A stretch of 64,000 nt of DNA from Pseudomonadota bacterium (GTDB lineage: Bacteria > Pseudomonadota > Gammaproteobacteria > Burkholderiales > Rhodocyclaceae). The position numbers and the translations under genes are program-made. The stretch lies in assembly GCA_018262245.1 (NCBI GenBank), contig JAGTRV010000001.1, positions 2,019 to 66,018 of the forward strand. The letters run 5' to 3'. The number at the start of each line of letters is the position of its first letter. Within the stretch, counting starts at the first letter, position 1. Positions 1 through 11,929 of the stretch are shown one piece after another. The notes under the pieces were generated by a model, which was not told the origin of the DNA, did no database searches, and was given only the letters and a program-made list of their open reading frames with translations.

Positions 1-1
1 G

Positions 2-598
2 ATCGGCGAGCGCCAGTCACCAATCGACATCAAGGACGGCATCAAGGTCGACCTGGAGCCGATCAAGTTCAAGTACCAGCCCTCTACCTTCAGGATCGTC
101 GACAACGGCCATACCGTGCAGGTCGAAGTCGGTGAAGGCTCGATTTCTCTGACCGGCAAAACCTACGAACTGGTCCAGTTCCACTTCCATCGCCCGTCTG
201 AAGAAAAGGTAAACGGTCAGCGCTTCGACATGGTCGTCCATCTGGTGCACAAGTCGGATGACGGGCAACTCGCTGTCGTCGCCGTGCTGCTCGAACGTGG
301 CACCGAGAACCCCTTCATCCAGACGCTGTGGAACAACATGCCGCTGGAAAAGAACATGGCAGTCGCCCCTCCGACGACCACCATCGATCTGAACACCCTG
401 CTACCAGCTACCCGCAACTACTACACCTACATGGGCTCGCTGACCACGCCTCCGTGCTCCGAAGGAGTGCTGTGGCTGGTCATGAAACAACCGGTGCAAG
501 TTTCGCAGGATCAGATCAACATTTTCAGCCGCCTGTACAAAAACAACGCCCGGCCGATCCAGCCCTCCGGCGGACGCCTGATCAAGGAAGGCCGTTGA
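2..598 (+). CDS. alpha-class carbonic anhydrase (5'-truncated by window edge)
   Basis: Frame open from base 2: QSPIDI, NGHT, Zn ligands [28 protein letters not shown]. Confidence 0.93.
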   Translation: MGERQSPIDIKDGIKVDLEPIKFKYQPSTFRIVDNGHTVQVEVGEGSISLTGKTYELVQFHFHRPSEEKVNGQRFDMVVHLVHKSDDGQLAVVAVLLERGTENPFIQTLWNNMPLEKNMAVAPPTTTIDLNTLLPATRNYYTYMGSLTTPPCSEGVLWLVMKQPVQVSQDQINIFSRLYKNNARPIQPSGGRLIKEGR

Positions 599-616
599 CC
601 TGAAACGAGGCAGAGT

Positions 617-650
617 GGTAACTTAATGACCAACGAGTCATTAAGTTACC
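617..650. promoter_or_regulatory. Perfect 14-bp inverted repeat, probable TetR autoregulatory operator
   Basis: GGTAACTTAATGAC-caacga-GTCATTAAGTTACC ending 1 nt before the TetR ATG; overlaps putative TTGACC(595)-N18-TAACTT promoter. Confidence 0.7.
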
Positions 651-651
651 C

Positions 652-1296
652 ATGTCAGCAATACCTGCCCCCCGCAAACGTCGCAAGGAAGACCGCCCAT
701 CGGAACTTCTTGGTGCAGCCCTCCATTTGTTTGTTGAAAAAGGCTTCACCGCGACCCGACTGGAAGATGTCGCTGCCAAGGCGGGGGTTTCGAAGGGTAC
801 GCTGTATCTCTATTACGAGAACAAGGAAGCCTTGTTCAAGGCAGTGATCCAGGAAGGTGTGATTCCGATCATCGCCGAAAATGAAGCCATCGCCGCCAAG
901 CACACGAGCAGCAGCTTCGATCTGCTGGAAAAACTGCTCGATAACTGGTGGACGAAAATCGGCCAGACGGCTTTTGCCGGCATTCCGAAATTGATGGTGG
1001 CCGAGGCCAGGAACTTTCCCGAGCTGGCGACTTTCTATTACGAAAATGTCATCAACCGCAGCCGGGCGCTGGTCGGATCAACACTGCGCCGCGGCATGAA
1101 CAGCGGCGAATTCCGGCCGATGGACGTTGAAACAACGATCGACGTGCTCATTGCACCGATCCTGATGCTGCTGATCTGGCGTTTTTCAATGAACTGCTGC
1201 CAAGGCAGCCAAACCGATCCGCAGCAGTATCTGCAGATCCATATGGACATACTGCGGCAAGGTTTGCGCAGGCTGGAAAAAGAGAGTCAGGTATAA
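652..1296 (+). CDS. TetR/AcrR-family transcriptional regulator
   Basis: N-terminal HTH FVEKGFTATRLEDVAAKAGVSKGTLYLYY. Confidence 0.93.
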   Translation: MSAIPAPRKRRKEDRPSELLGAALHLFVEKGFTATRLEDVAAKAGVSKGTLYLYYENKEALFKAVIQEGVIPIIAENEAIAAKHTSSSFDLLEKLLDNWWTKIGQTAFAGIPKLMVAEARNFPELATFYYENVINRSRALVGSTLRRGMNSGEFRPMDVETTIDVLIAPILMLLIWRFSMNCCQGSQTDPQQYLQIHMDILRQGLRRLEKESQV

Positions 1297-1356
1297 TTTT
1301 GATTTGTCGGAACCTATATATTAGCTTGTGCTAATATTATGCCTGCGGAGACCCAA

Positions 1357-2010
1357 ATGAACATCGAGCAAGCGCGCTTCAACATGATCGAACAGCAGAT
1401 CCGACCCTGGGAGGTTCTGGATCCGCAGGTTCTCGACCTGCTCTTCGTCGTCAAGCGCGAAGACTTCACCCCCCCGGCCTATCGCAACCTGGCCTTTGCC
1501 GACATGGAAATCCCGCTGGGCGGTGGCCAAGTCATGCTGGCACCAAAGATTGAAGCCAAGATGCTGCAGGAACTGGTGCTCAAGAAAACCGACAAGGTGC
1601 TCGAAATCGGTACCGGCAGCGGTTATATGGCCGCCCTGCTGGCTGCCCGCGCCGAGCACGTCGTCACCGTTGAATCTCGCCCTGAACTGGCCGCTACCGC
1701 CAAGGACAACCTTGAGCGCGCCGGCGTTGCCAATGTCACGGTCGAAGTTGGCAATGGTGCCGAAGGCTGGTCGCAGCGCGGCCCCTACGATGCCATCGTC
1801 GTCTCTGGCTCCCTGCCGACCCTGCCTGCCAGCCTGCTCAAGCAATTGCGCGTCGGCGGCCGCCTGGCTGTCGTCGTCGGCGAAGCACCGGTCATGGAAG
1901 CCCAACTGATCACCTGCACGGGTGAAGGCATCTATAACACCGTCAACCTGTTCGAAACTGTCATTCCAGCCCTTGACGGTATCGAAACCAAGGCCAGCTT
2001 CACGTTCTGA
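1357..2010 (+). CDS. pcm: Protein-L-isoaspartate O-methyltransferase
   Basis: VLEIGTGSGY SAM motif, GPYDAI, LRVGGRL; start at 1357 chosen after GGAG SD. Confidence 0.85.
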   Translation: MNIEQARFNMIEQQIRPWEVLDPQVLDLLFVVKREDFTPPAYRNLAFADMEIPLGGGQVMLAPKIEAKMLQELVLKKTDKVLEIGTGSGYMAALLAARAEHVVTVESRPELAATAKDNLERAGVANVTVEVGNGAEGWSQRGPYDAIVVSGSLPTLPASLLKQLRVGGRLAVVVGEAPVMEAQLITCTGEGIYNTVNLFETVIPALDGIETKASFTF

Positions 2011-2333
2011 TGAAACAGGTTCGCGCTCAACAACTGGCAGAATGGCTGGCCGACGAAGCCCGGCCCAAGCCCGTTCTGCTGGATGTGCGCGAACCGTGGG
2101 AACTCGAACTCTGCCAACTGGAAGGTTCGCAGCATATTCCCATGCATCTGGTCCCGACCCGTTGCGACGAAATTGACTCGACGCAGGATGTGGTCGTGAT
2201 CTGTCATCACGGCGGCCGCAGCATGCAGGTCGCCATGTTTCTTGAGCGCAAGGGCTTTGGTGCCGTATACAACCTGATGGGCGGGGTTGAGGCCTGGGCT
2301 GGCGAAGTCGACCCGACCATGCGTCGTTATTGA
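2010..2333 (+). CDS. Single-domain rhodanese / sulfurtransferase
   Basis: LLDVREPWE, active loop CHHGGRS, NLMGGVEAW. Confidence 0.9.
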   Translation: MKQVRAQQLAEWLADEARPKPVLLDVREPWELELCQLEGSQHIPMHLVPTRCDEIDSTQDVVVICHHGGRSMQVAMFLERKGFGAVYNLMGGVEAWAGEVDPTMRRY

Positions 2334-2340
2334 GGAAGGC

Positions 2341-3666
2341 ATGAAAAAACTCGCTTGGCTGATTGTTTCGCCGCTGCTCGCCTCCCCACTCTTTGCCGCC
2401 GACCTGATGCAGGTTTATCGCGACGCGCAGGACAACGATCCGACCTTTGCCACCGCCCGGGCAACGCTCGATGCCGGACGTGAAAAGTCGCCACAGGCCC
2501 GCGCTGGGTTGTTACCCAGCCTGACCTTGTCCGGCAACACCGTGTGGAACGAGAATGAACTCTCGGCCCACAACGGACCGACCATCGCCAAGCCGCACTA
2601 CAACTCCAACGGTTACCAACTGACGCTCAGCCAGCCGCTGTTCCGCTGGCAAAACTGGGTTTCATACGACCAATCGAAGCTGCAGGTCGCCCAGGCTGAA
2701 GCCAATTTCGTTCAGGCCCGACAAGATCTGATCCTGCGTGTCTCACAAGCCTATTTCGACGTGGTTTATGCCGTCGAAAACCTGAAGGCAGTTGGCGCCA
2801 ACAAGACCGCCATTGCCCAGCAACTCGAGTCTGCCAAGAAGAATTTCGAAGTCGGCACCGCGACCATCACCGATACGCACGAGGCACAAGCCCGTTACGA
2901 TCTGGCGATCGCTCAGGAAATTGCCGCCGAAAGCGATTATGAAATCCGCCAACGCGCCTTGCAGGCCATCATCGGCAAAGAGCCGGGGCCACTCGCGACG
3001 ACGCGCAAGGATGCCGAGTTGTCGCCGCCGCAGCCAAACGACATGAAACAGTGGGTGGCAGCCGCCGAAAAGGACAGCATCACGGTTCAGGTGCAACAGG
3101 CCAATGCCGACATCGCAGCCCGTGAAGTCGACAAACAACGGGCTGGACACTATCCGACCGTAGACCTGGTCGCCAACCAGGGCTATTCAAAGAACTACGC
3201 CTCGACTTTCGGCGTCTATGACACCGATTTCAAGAACGTCGGCGTTCAAGTCAATATTCCGCTGTTTCAGGGCGGCCTGACCGTTTCGCGTCAACGTGAA
3301 GCCGCCGCCAATCGTGGCGCGGCGCAATCCGCACTCGAAACGGCTCGCCGCGGTGCCGCATTGTCTGCGCAGCAATACTATCTCGGCGTCACCAATGGGC
3401 TGGCCCAGGTCAGAGCCCTGAAAGCTGCGCTGGTCTCGTCGCAATCGGCGCTGGAATCGAACAAGCTGGGCTACGAAGTCGGCGTGCGCATCAATATCGA
3501 CGTGCTGAACGCCGAAAACCAGGTCTACGTGACTCGACGCGATCTGGCCAAAGCCACGCTGGATACGCTGATGTCACAACTGCGTCTGAAGGCAGCAACC
3601 GGCTCATTGGGCGAAGATGATGTCGCCCAGATCAACGCCCTGCTCGCCCCGTCCACCGCTCAATAA
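2341..3666 (+). CDS. tolC: TolC-family outer-membrane efflux channel
   Basis: Signal peptide MKKLAW..., OEP repeats, GYEVGVRINIDVLNAE; ATG 2341 after GAGG. Confidence 0.88.
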   Translation: MKKLAWLIVSPLLASPLFAADLMQVYRDAQDNDPTFATARATLDAGREKSPQARAGLLPSLTLSGNTVWNENELSAHNGPTIAKPHYNSNGYQLTLSQPLFRWQNWVSYDQSKLQVAQAEANFVQARQDLILRVSQAYFDVVYAVENLKAVGANKTAIAQQLESAKKNFEVGTATITDTHEAQARYDLAIAQEIAAESDYEIRQRALQAIIGKEPGPLATTRKDAELSPPQPNDMKQWVAAAEKDSITVQVQQANADIAAREVDKQRAGHYPTVDLVANQGYSKNYASTFGVYDTDFKNVGVQVNIPLFQGGLTVSRQREAAANRGAAQSALETARRGAALSAQQYYLGVTNGLAQVRALKAALVSSQSALESNKLGYEVGVRINIDVLNAENQVYVTRRDLAKATLDTLMSQLRLKAATGSLGEDDVAQINALLAPSTAQ

Positions 3667-4891
3667 GCCTCAGCATCCGCTCTGCTGCGCCTTGATGCGC
3701 GCAGGCAAACGTGCTGGCCGCTGCGCGCATCGCCGCCAATTCAGCCGGCCCGTTTAACAGGCGCTCGACCGCGGCACCAAGCATTTCCGGATTCTCAACA
3801 CGTTGCGCAGCACCGGCAGCGATGGCATCTTCAGTCGCCTGCAGAAAATTGAAGGTATGCGGCCCGACGAGCACCGGGCATCCGCAAGCGGCCGCCTCGA
3901 TCAGGTTCTGCCCGCCCAGCGGCAGCAAACTGCCGCCGATAAAGGACAAGTCGGCTAGCGTAAAGTAAGCGGCCATTTCGCCCATGCTGTCACCAAGCCA
4001 GATTTGCGTATCAGGAGCTGGCAGGCCGGCACTCCGCCGGGAACTGCGCCCCCCTTGCTGTTTCAGCAAATCAGCCACCTCATCAAAGCGTTGCGGATGG
4101 CGCGGCACCAGCACCAGCAGCGCCCCCGGAATGGCGACACGACGCCACGCCTCAAGCACCAGCACTTCCTCGCCCTCACGGGTACTCGCCGCCAGCCAGA
4201 CAGGCCGCTGACCGATCGCCTGTCGCCATGCCTGCCCCAGCGCGATCTTGTCGGCCGGCGGAGTAACATCAAATTTCAGATTGCCGCAGACTTCGACCGT
4301 CTTCGCCCCCAGGGCGACGATGCGTTCGGCATCCCCGCGAGTCTGTGCTGCCACACCGCTCAGCGAGGCAAACGCCGGACCGACCAAGCCCGAAAAACGA
4401 CCATAACCACGGGCTGAACGAACCGACAGGCGCGCATTGGCCAACACCACTGGAACACCTTGCTGCTTGGCGCCGGCCAGCAGATTGGGCCAGATTTCAG
4501 TTTCCATCAACACGCCAAAGGCGGGCGAGAAATGCCGCAGAAAGCGGGCCACGGCGCCGGGGTAATCATAGGGCAGGTAAGCCTGAACGACCTTGTCACC
4601 ATAGACCTCCAGCCCCGCTGCCCGCCCGGTCGGGGTCATGCCGGTCAGCAGGATGCGATGCTCGGGCCAGCGGCTCAGCAGCCCCTCGATCAAGGGCTGG
4701 GCAGCGCGGGTTTCGCCCACCGACACGGCATGCACCCAGATCAGCTTGGCCGGCGCAGACTGAGGATAGAAACCGTAGCGCTCGCCGAGGTTTGCCAGAT
4801 ACTCGGGTTGCTTGCGGCCTCGCCACAGCAAACGCAGCCAGATCAGCGGCGTAATCAGATAGAGCAGCAGTGAGTAGGCGATGCGCGCCAT
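3632..4891 (-). CDS. waaA: Kdo transferase
   Basis: IWVHAVSVGE, METEIWPN, VPRHPQRF, GGQNLIEAA. Confidence 0.95.
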   Translation of the reverse strand: MARIAYSLLLYLITPLIWLRLLWRGRKQPEYLANLGERYGFYPQSAPAKLIWVHAVSVGETRAAQPLIEGLLSRWPEHRILLTGMTPTGRAAGLEVYGDKVVQAYLPYDYPGAVARFLRHFSPAFGVLMETEIWPNLLAGAKQQGVPVVLANARLSVRSARGYGRFSGLVGPAFASLSGVAAQTRGDAERIVALGAKTVEVCGNLKFDVTPPADKIALGQAWRQAIGQRPVWLAASTREGEEVLVLEAWRRVAIPGALLVLVPRHPQRFDEVADLLKQQGGRSSRRSAGLPAPDTQIWLGDSMGEMAAYFTLADLSFIGGSLLPLGGQNLIEAAACGCPVLVGPHTFNFLQATEDAIAAGAAQRVENPEMLGAAVERLLNGPAELAAMRAAASTFACAHQGAAERMLRLIERWTGRAGR

Positions 4892-5844
4892 CAGCCAAGC
4901 GCCATTTGCAATTCGCCAAGTACGGCGTCGGGCGACGGGATCTGGTTTTTGCCACCAAGATTGCGATGAAACCCGGCCCCCAATACGCCCGTCAGACCGG
5001 GATCAGTCGCGGTATAAAGAGCCACCGTGGGTACCTTCAAGGCCACCGCCAGGTGGGTCAGGCCGGTATCGACACCAACGGCGGCTCGGGTTCCGGCGAG
5101 CAGCGAAGCCAGATCGGGAATGCTCATCGCCGGCGCAGCCACCGCGCCGGGAATGCCGGCCGCCAGCCGGCCAGCTCGCTCCCGTTCGACCACACTGCCG
5201 CCGGGCAGCACGGCGCTCAACCCCAGCGAGTTCAAACGCGCCCCCAAACTCAGCCAGTTCGCTTCCGGCCACAACTTGTCATCGCGGCTGGTCGCCGTCA
5301 GGAAAACGACATAAGGCCGATGCGGCAACCAGTCGAACCCTGCTGCACTAGCTTCGATACCGTAGTCGGGTTCAGACTCGGCAGCATAGCCCAGCGCCGC
5401 TGCGGCCAAACGACGATTGCGCGCGACGGCGTGCAGTTCCCGTGAAACGTGAAAGCGACGGTCATAGCAGCGTGCGGCAATCGGTTCCCGTGCCGAGTCT
5501 GCCGCATAGCCCAGGACAGGCCCGCTCGCCTGGCTGGCGATCAGTGCACTTTTCAGCAGGCCCTGCGTGTCGATCACGGCATCGTAAGCGCGAACCTGTA
5601 AGAGACGCCGGAATTCGGCAATCTCCCGCCAAGTATCAGCCTTCAACAGATTCTTCCGCCAGCGCCGGATGGCCACCGGAATGATTGTTCCGACACCGGG
5701 ATGCAGACGCGGAATAGCCGCAAAACTCTCTTCGACGCACCAGTCGATTTCGGCATCCGGAAAATGCCGTCGGATATCGCTAACCACCGGCAAATTATGG
5801 ATGACGTCGCCGAGCGAGGAAGTTTTCACGATCAGAATGCGCAT
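4891..5844 (-). CDS. waaC: LPS heptosyltransferase I
   Basis: IVKTSSLGDVIH, DTQGLLKSA, GVDTGLTHLA. Confidence 0.93.
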   Translation of the reverse strand: MRILIVKTSSLGDVIHNLPVVSDIRRHFPDAEIDWCVEESFAAIPRLHPGVGTIIPVAIRRWRKNLLKADTWREIAEFRRLLQVRAYDAVIDTQGLLKSALIASQASGPVLGYAADSAREPIAARCYDRRFHVSRELHAVARNRRLAAAALGYAAESEPDYGIEASAAGFDWLPHRPYVVFLTATSRDDKLWPEANWLSLGARLNSLGLSAVLPGGSVVERERAGRLAAGIPGAVAAPAMSIPDLASLLAGTRAAVGVDTGLTHLAVALKVPTVALYTATDPGLTGVLGAGFHRNLGGKNQIPSPDAVLGELQMALG

Positions 5845-5883
5845 CGGCGGATAAAATCACGGCTTTCGAAGCCGCAATTATAA

Positions 5884-6654
5884 ATGCCCGCCACGCGCCA
5901 GCCGCTTTCCGTTGCAATCATCACGCTCAACGCCGCCTCCCAGCTGGAGGACTGCCTGAAGAGTGCTGGCTTTGCCGACGAAATTGTTGTCGTCGATTCC
6001 GGCAGCACGGATGGCACACAGGCGCTGGCTGAACGCTACGGCGCTCGCGTCATCGAACAGGCATGGCTGGGTTTCGGGCCGCAAAAGCAATTCGCAGTCG
6101 ACACCGCCAGCCACGACTGGGTTCTCTGCCTCGATGCCGACGAAAGGGTGTCGCCGGAATTGCAGGCGGCCATCGAAAATGCCCTGCAATCGCCGCCGAG
6201 CGCAGCATTCCGATTTGCCCGCTGCAACCGCTTCCTTGGTCGCTACCTGAAGTACGGCGAGGGCTATCCGGACTGGTCGCTGCGTCTTTTCGACCGCCGC
6301 CAGGCAGGCTGGTCCGACGACGCCGTCCATGAAAAGGTAATCGCCAACGGCGCTGTCGGCACCCTGAAAGGCGATCTGCTGCACGACTCAGCCGAAACCC
6401 TCGCCATCTATCTCGGCAAGCAAAACCGCTATACGACACTAGCGGCCGAAATGGCCGCCGCGGCAGGCAAGCGCGCCTCGTTCGCGCGCCTCGCCTTCAG
6501 CCCGATCATCCGCTTCATCAAGTTTTACCTGGTCCGCCAGGGCTTTCGTGATGGCCTGCCCGGCCTGATTCACATCGCCATCGGCTGTTTCAACAGCTTC
6601 ATGAAATATGCCAAACTCTTTGAAAAACAGCGATCAAATGCTGCACTGCGGTAA
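5884..6654 (+). CDS. GT2 glycosyltransferase (KdtX/WaaE/LgtF-like, LPS core)
   Basis: VVDSGSTDGT, WLGFGPQKQFA, LDADE, VHEKV. Confidence 0.85.
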   Translation: MPATRQPLSVAIITLNAASQLEDCLKSAGFADEIVVVDSGSTDGTQALAERYGARVIEQAWLGFGPQKQFAVDTASHDWVLCLDADERVSPELQAAIENALQSPPSAAFRFARCNRFLGRYLKYGEGYPDWSLRLFDRRQAGWSDDAVHEKVIANGAVGTLKGDLLHDSAETLAIYLGKQNRYTTLAAEMAAAAGKRASFARLAFSPIIRFIKFYLVRQGFRDGLPGLIHIAIGCFNSFMKYAKLFEKQRSNAALR

Positions 6655-6685
6655 AATCGCATGACTCTCTCCCCAAGGTGATTCC

Positions 6686-7693
6686 GTGAAAATTCTCGTG
6701 ACCGGCGCTGCCGGATTCATCGGCATGACTACCTCGCTGCGCCTGCTGGCCCGCGGCGATGAGGTGGTCGGTCTCGACAACATGAACGACTACTACGAAG
6801 TGTCGCTCAAGGAAAACCGTCTGAAGCGCCTGACTGCCCTCCCCGGCTTCCGCTTCGTCAAACTGGATGTGGGCGACCGGGCCGGCATGGAAAAGCTGTT
6901 TGCCGACGAGAAATTCGACAAGGTCATCCACCTCGCCGCCCAGGCCGGCGTCCGCTATTCGATCCAGAATCCGCACGCCTACGTCGATAGCAATCTGGTC
7001 GGCTTCATCAATATTCTTGAAGGTTGCCGCCACCACAAGGTTCAGCATCTGGTTTACGCCTCCAGTTCCAGCGTCTATGGCGGCAACACCAAGATGCCCT
7101 TCTCCGAGCACGATAGCGTCGACCACCCGGTCAGCCTTTACGCCGCAACCAAGAAGGCCAACGAGCTGATGGCCCACACCTACAGCCACCTCTATGGCTT
7201 GCCGACGACCGGCCTGCGCTTCTTCACGGTCTATGGCCCGTGGGGACGTCCGGACATGGCGCTCTTCCTGTTCACCAAGGCCATCCTCGAAGGCCGGCCG
7301 ATCGATGTCTTCAACCACGGCAACATGAAACGCGACTTCACCTACGTAGACGACATCGTCGAAGGTGTCATCCGCGTGATGGATCGCAATGCCGCGGCCA
7401 ATGCCGAATACGACTCGCTCTCCGCCGATCCGGCGACCAGCAATGCCCCCTACCGGGTGTTCAACATCGGCAACAACAATCCAGTGCAGTTGCTCGACTT
7501 CATCGGCGCGATCGAAACCGCCCTTGGCCAGAAGGCAGAAAAGCGCCTGTTGCCGCTGCAGGACGGCGATGTCCCTGCTACCTACGCCAACACCGACCTG
7601 CTCAATGACTGGGTCGGCTTCGTCCCTGGCACCTCCGTTCAGGAAGGTGTCAGCAAATTTATCGCGTGGTATCGCGACTACTACAAGGTTTAA
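6686..7693 (+). CDS. NAD-dependent UDP-glucuronate 4-epimerase
   Basis: [36 protein letters not shown]. Confidence 0.9.
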   Translation: MKILVTGAAGFIGMTTSLRLLARGDEVVGLDNMNDYYEVSLKENRLKRLTALPGFRFVKLDVGDRAGMEKLFADEKFDKVIHLAAQAGVRYSIQNPHAYVDSNLVGFINILEGCRHHKVQHLVYASSSSVYGGNTKMPFSEHDSVDHPVSLYAATKKANELMAHTYSHLYGLPTTGLRFFTVYGPWGRPDMALFLFTKAILEGRPIDVFNHGNMKRDFTYVDDIVEGVIRVMDRNAAANAEYDSLSADPATSNAPYRVFNIGNNNPVQLLDFIGAIETALGQKAEKRLLPLQDGDVPATYANTDLLNDWVGFVPGTSVQEGVSKFIAWYRDYYKV

Positions 7694-7702
7694 GGATTCG
7701 TT

Positions 7703-9526
<1,824 letters not shown>

Positions 9527-9530
9527 TCAA

Positions 9531-10361
9531 ATGGCCACTTATGCCATCGGCGACATTCAGGGCTGCTACGACTCGCTGCAACGACTTCTCGAGCGCTGCG
9601 CCTTCGACCCCGCCACCGACCGGCTCTGGCTAGTCGGTGACCTGGTCAATCGCGGCCCGAAATCCCTGGCCACACTACGTCTGATCAAGTCCCTGGGGCC
9701 GGCCGCGCTGACCGTTCTCGGCAATCACGACCTCTACCTGCTGATGGTCGCCGAGGGTGGCGCCAAGTTTCGCGGCAAGGACGACACGCTGCAGGAAATC
9801 CTCGATGCGCCGGACTGCGCCGAACTGCTCGACTGGCTGCGTCACCAGCCGATCTGCCACACCGAAGGCGAGTACTGTCTCGTGCACGCCGGGCTGCTGC
9901 CGCAATGGACAGCTTCGCGCGCCCGCGAACTGGCCCGCGAAGTCGAAATTACGTTGCAAGGGCCAGATTTTCGCGAATTCATCCTGAACCTTTGGGGTAG
10001 CGAACCGGCCGGCTGGTCGGACAACCTGTCCGGCTGGGCCCGCTTGCGCGTCATCGTCAACGCGATGACCCGGATGCGTTTCTGTACGCTGGATGGGGTC
10101 ATGGAATTCAAGGTCAAGGGCAAGCTGTCGAATGCCCCCGCCGGCCATGTCCCCTGGTTCGACCTGCCTGACCGGAAAAGTGCCAAATCGGTGCTGGTGA
10201 CCGGCCACTGGTCGGCCCTCGGCCTGAAAGTCACGCCAAATCTGCTGGCACTGGACTCCGGCTGCCTGTGGGGCGGCCATCTGACTGCGGTTCGGCTGGA
10301 AGACCGTCAGGTATTTCAAGTGGACTGCTCACCAACGGAAGCCCAGCCGCTAAAGCGATAG
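9531..10361 (+). CDS. apaH: Symmetrical diadenosine tetraphosphatase
   Basis: GDIQGC, GDLVNRGP, LGNHD, TRMRFC, GHWSALG, DSGCLWGG. Confidence 0.95.
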   Translation: MATYAIGDIQGCYDSLQRLLERCAFDPATDRLWLVGDLVNRGPKSLATLRLIKSLGPAALTVLGNHDLYLLMVAEGGAKFRGKDDTLQEILDAPDCAELLDWLRHQPICHTEGEYCLVHAGLLPQWTASRARELAREVEITLQGPDFREFILNLWGSEPAGWSDNLSGWARLRVIVNAMTRMRFCTLDGVMEFKVKGKLSNAPAGHVPWFDLPDRKSAKSVLVTGHWSALGLKVTPNLLALDSGCLWGGHLTAVRLEDRQVFQVDCSPTEAQPLKR

Positions 10362-11076
10362 CTTCACGCGCATCTGCCGCTACCTGTTTGCGATCCTCAC
10401 CATTCAGGCCACGCAGCGGTGTGGTCACCAGTCGGGCAATCAGGTGTTTGCGGCCGAGAATTGCCGATGTGCACTGGCCCATGGAAATCTCGCCATCGTA
10501 ACGCGGCGCCAGACTGCGCTGGCCATCCAACTCCCAATAGGAAATGGCCACCGGTAACACCGGCCGTCCGGCAGCCAGCGCCGGCTGAATCAGTGCTGCG
10601 TGAAAATGCAACAGGCTCCGACCATCGGTAGTCGTTCCTTCGGGAAAGACTGCCACATGCTTGCCCTTATCCAGAATTTCCGCCACTTGCTGGTTGATGA
10701 TCCTGGCGTGACCGCGGCTGCCGCGACGCAGAAAGACCGTATCGTTCTTTGCGGCCAGCCAGCCGATCAGCGGCCAGTGGCGTACCTCTTCCTTCGACAC
10801 GAAAGCAGCGGGCAGGGCGGCATTGATCACGTAGATATCGATCCACGAGATATGGTTGGCGACGAGCAGCGCACCAGGAACGGCATGCGTCAGGTCGGCC
10901 TCGACCTCGACGCCCAAGGCATCAAGCAAGGCCGCCGACCAGCTGGCTTTCAGGGCCAGACGCTGGCGGTCACTGCAGAGCGGAAAAACACACAGCGAAA
11001 AGAGCGCCCCGCTGATGACCAGCAGGGCGATGCGGAAAATCCGGAAGGCGCGAATCGCTAAGTTGGTTTGGTTCAG
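10231..11076 (-). CDS. olsA: PlsC-family acyltransferase, probable lyso-ornithine lipid acyltransferase; start codon uncertain/non-canonical
   Basis: NHISWID and FPEGTT motifs; directly downstream of olsB-like gene; frame stays open upstream of TTG 10929 with a hydrophobic N-terminal helix. Confidence 0.7.
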   Translation of the reverse strand: MNQTNLAIRAFRIFRIALLVISGALFSLCVFPLCSDRQRLALKASWSAALLDALGVEVEADLTHAVPGALLVANHISWIDIYVINAALPAAFVSKEEVRHWPLIGWLAAKNDTVFLRRGSRGHARIINQQVAEILDKGKHVAVFPEGTTTDGRSLLHFHAALIQPALAAGRPVLPVAISYWELDGQRSLAPRYDGEISMGQCTSAILGRKHLIARLVTTPLRGLNGEDRKQVAADAREAIALAAGLPLVSSPLEIPDGLPAEPQSDGRPTGSRSPVPADLA

Positions 11077-11081
11077 ACTAC

Positions 11082-11834
11082 TTATCCCAGATAGTGCTTG
11101 GCGTAACGACCGGAAACCTTGGCCATCGGCATCAGGATCGGCAGGTCGGCCGTGTTGAAATCAGGATCCCAAGCCGGCTCACCGCAAATCCAGGCCCCCG
11201 CACGGAGGTAGCCTTTGATCAACGGCGGCGTTTCGGCCGGGCGATCCTGCTGCAGAGCAGCCAGCGGCAGCGGACAACGCGGGAAAACGCGATATTCCTG
11301 CGGCCCGAGGTGATCGGCAGCCAGACGATTATACAAGCTGGCCGCCGCATGGCCGCCATCGGCCATGCTGATCGAGGCGCAGCCCATCAGGTAGTCATAA
11401 CCATTCTCGACCATGAACTGAGCCAGACCCGACCAAAGCAGGGTGATCGTGGCACCGGTACGATACTCCGGATGAACGCAGGAGCGGCCGATCTCAACCA
11501 GGCGCGAACGCAGGTGCTGAAGGCGGGTCAGGTCGAATTCGTTTTCGGAGTAGTAACCGACCTGGCGAGCGTTTTCCGGTGTCAGGATACGGTAGGTACC
11601 GACGATTTCGCCACTCTGCGTATCGCGCACGACCAAGTGCTGGCAATACGGATCGTAAATATCGTGATCGACGCCCGGCGTCCGGCTCGGCAAATTGGCG
11701 CCCATTTCACCGGCAAACACGCGGTAGCGCAGGCGTTGCGCATCGAGGATATCGCTCTGGCTGCGGGCAAAACCAACAGCCAGACTCTTCTTTTCGGGAC
11801 GGCTGCGACCCGCAGCCTTATGGATATTTTCCAT
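11082..11834 (-). CDS. olsB: GNAT N-acyltransferase, ornithine lipid synthesis
   Basis: AQRLRYRVF, VGTYR, EIGRSCVHPEYR, PPLIKGYLRAGA, DPDFNTAD. Confidence 0.8.
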   Translation of the reverse strand: MENIHKAAGRSRPEKKSLAVGFARSQSDILDAQRLRYRVFAGEMGANLPSRTPGVDHDIYDPYCQHLVVRDTQSGEIVGTYRILTPENARQVGYYSENEFDLTRLQHLRSRLVEIGRSCVHPEYRTGATITLLWSGLAQFMVENGYDYLMGCASISMADGGHAAASLYNRLAADHLGPQEYRVFPRCPLPLAALQQDRPAETPPLIKGYLRAGAWICGEPAWDPDFNTADLPILMPMAKVSGRYAKHYLG

Positions 11835-11929
11835 CTTTGTTCTCCTTGTATTCGTGGAGAACAAGTCTGGATGAGCCTTGTTACAAGCGCTTTGCCCGAA
11901 AATGACAGCGATGTTTCAGAAAATACGCC

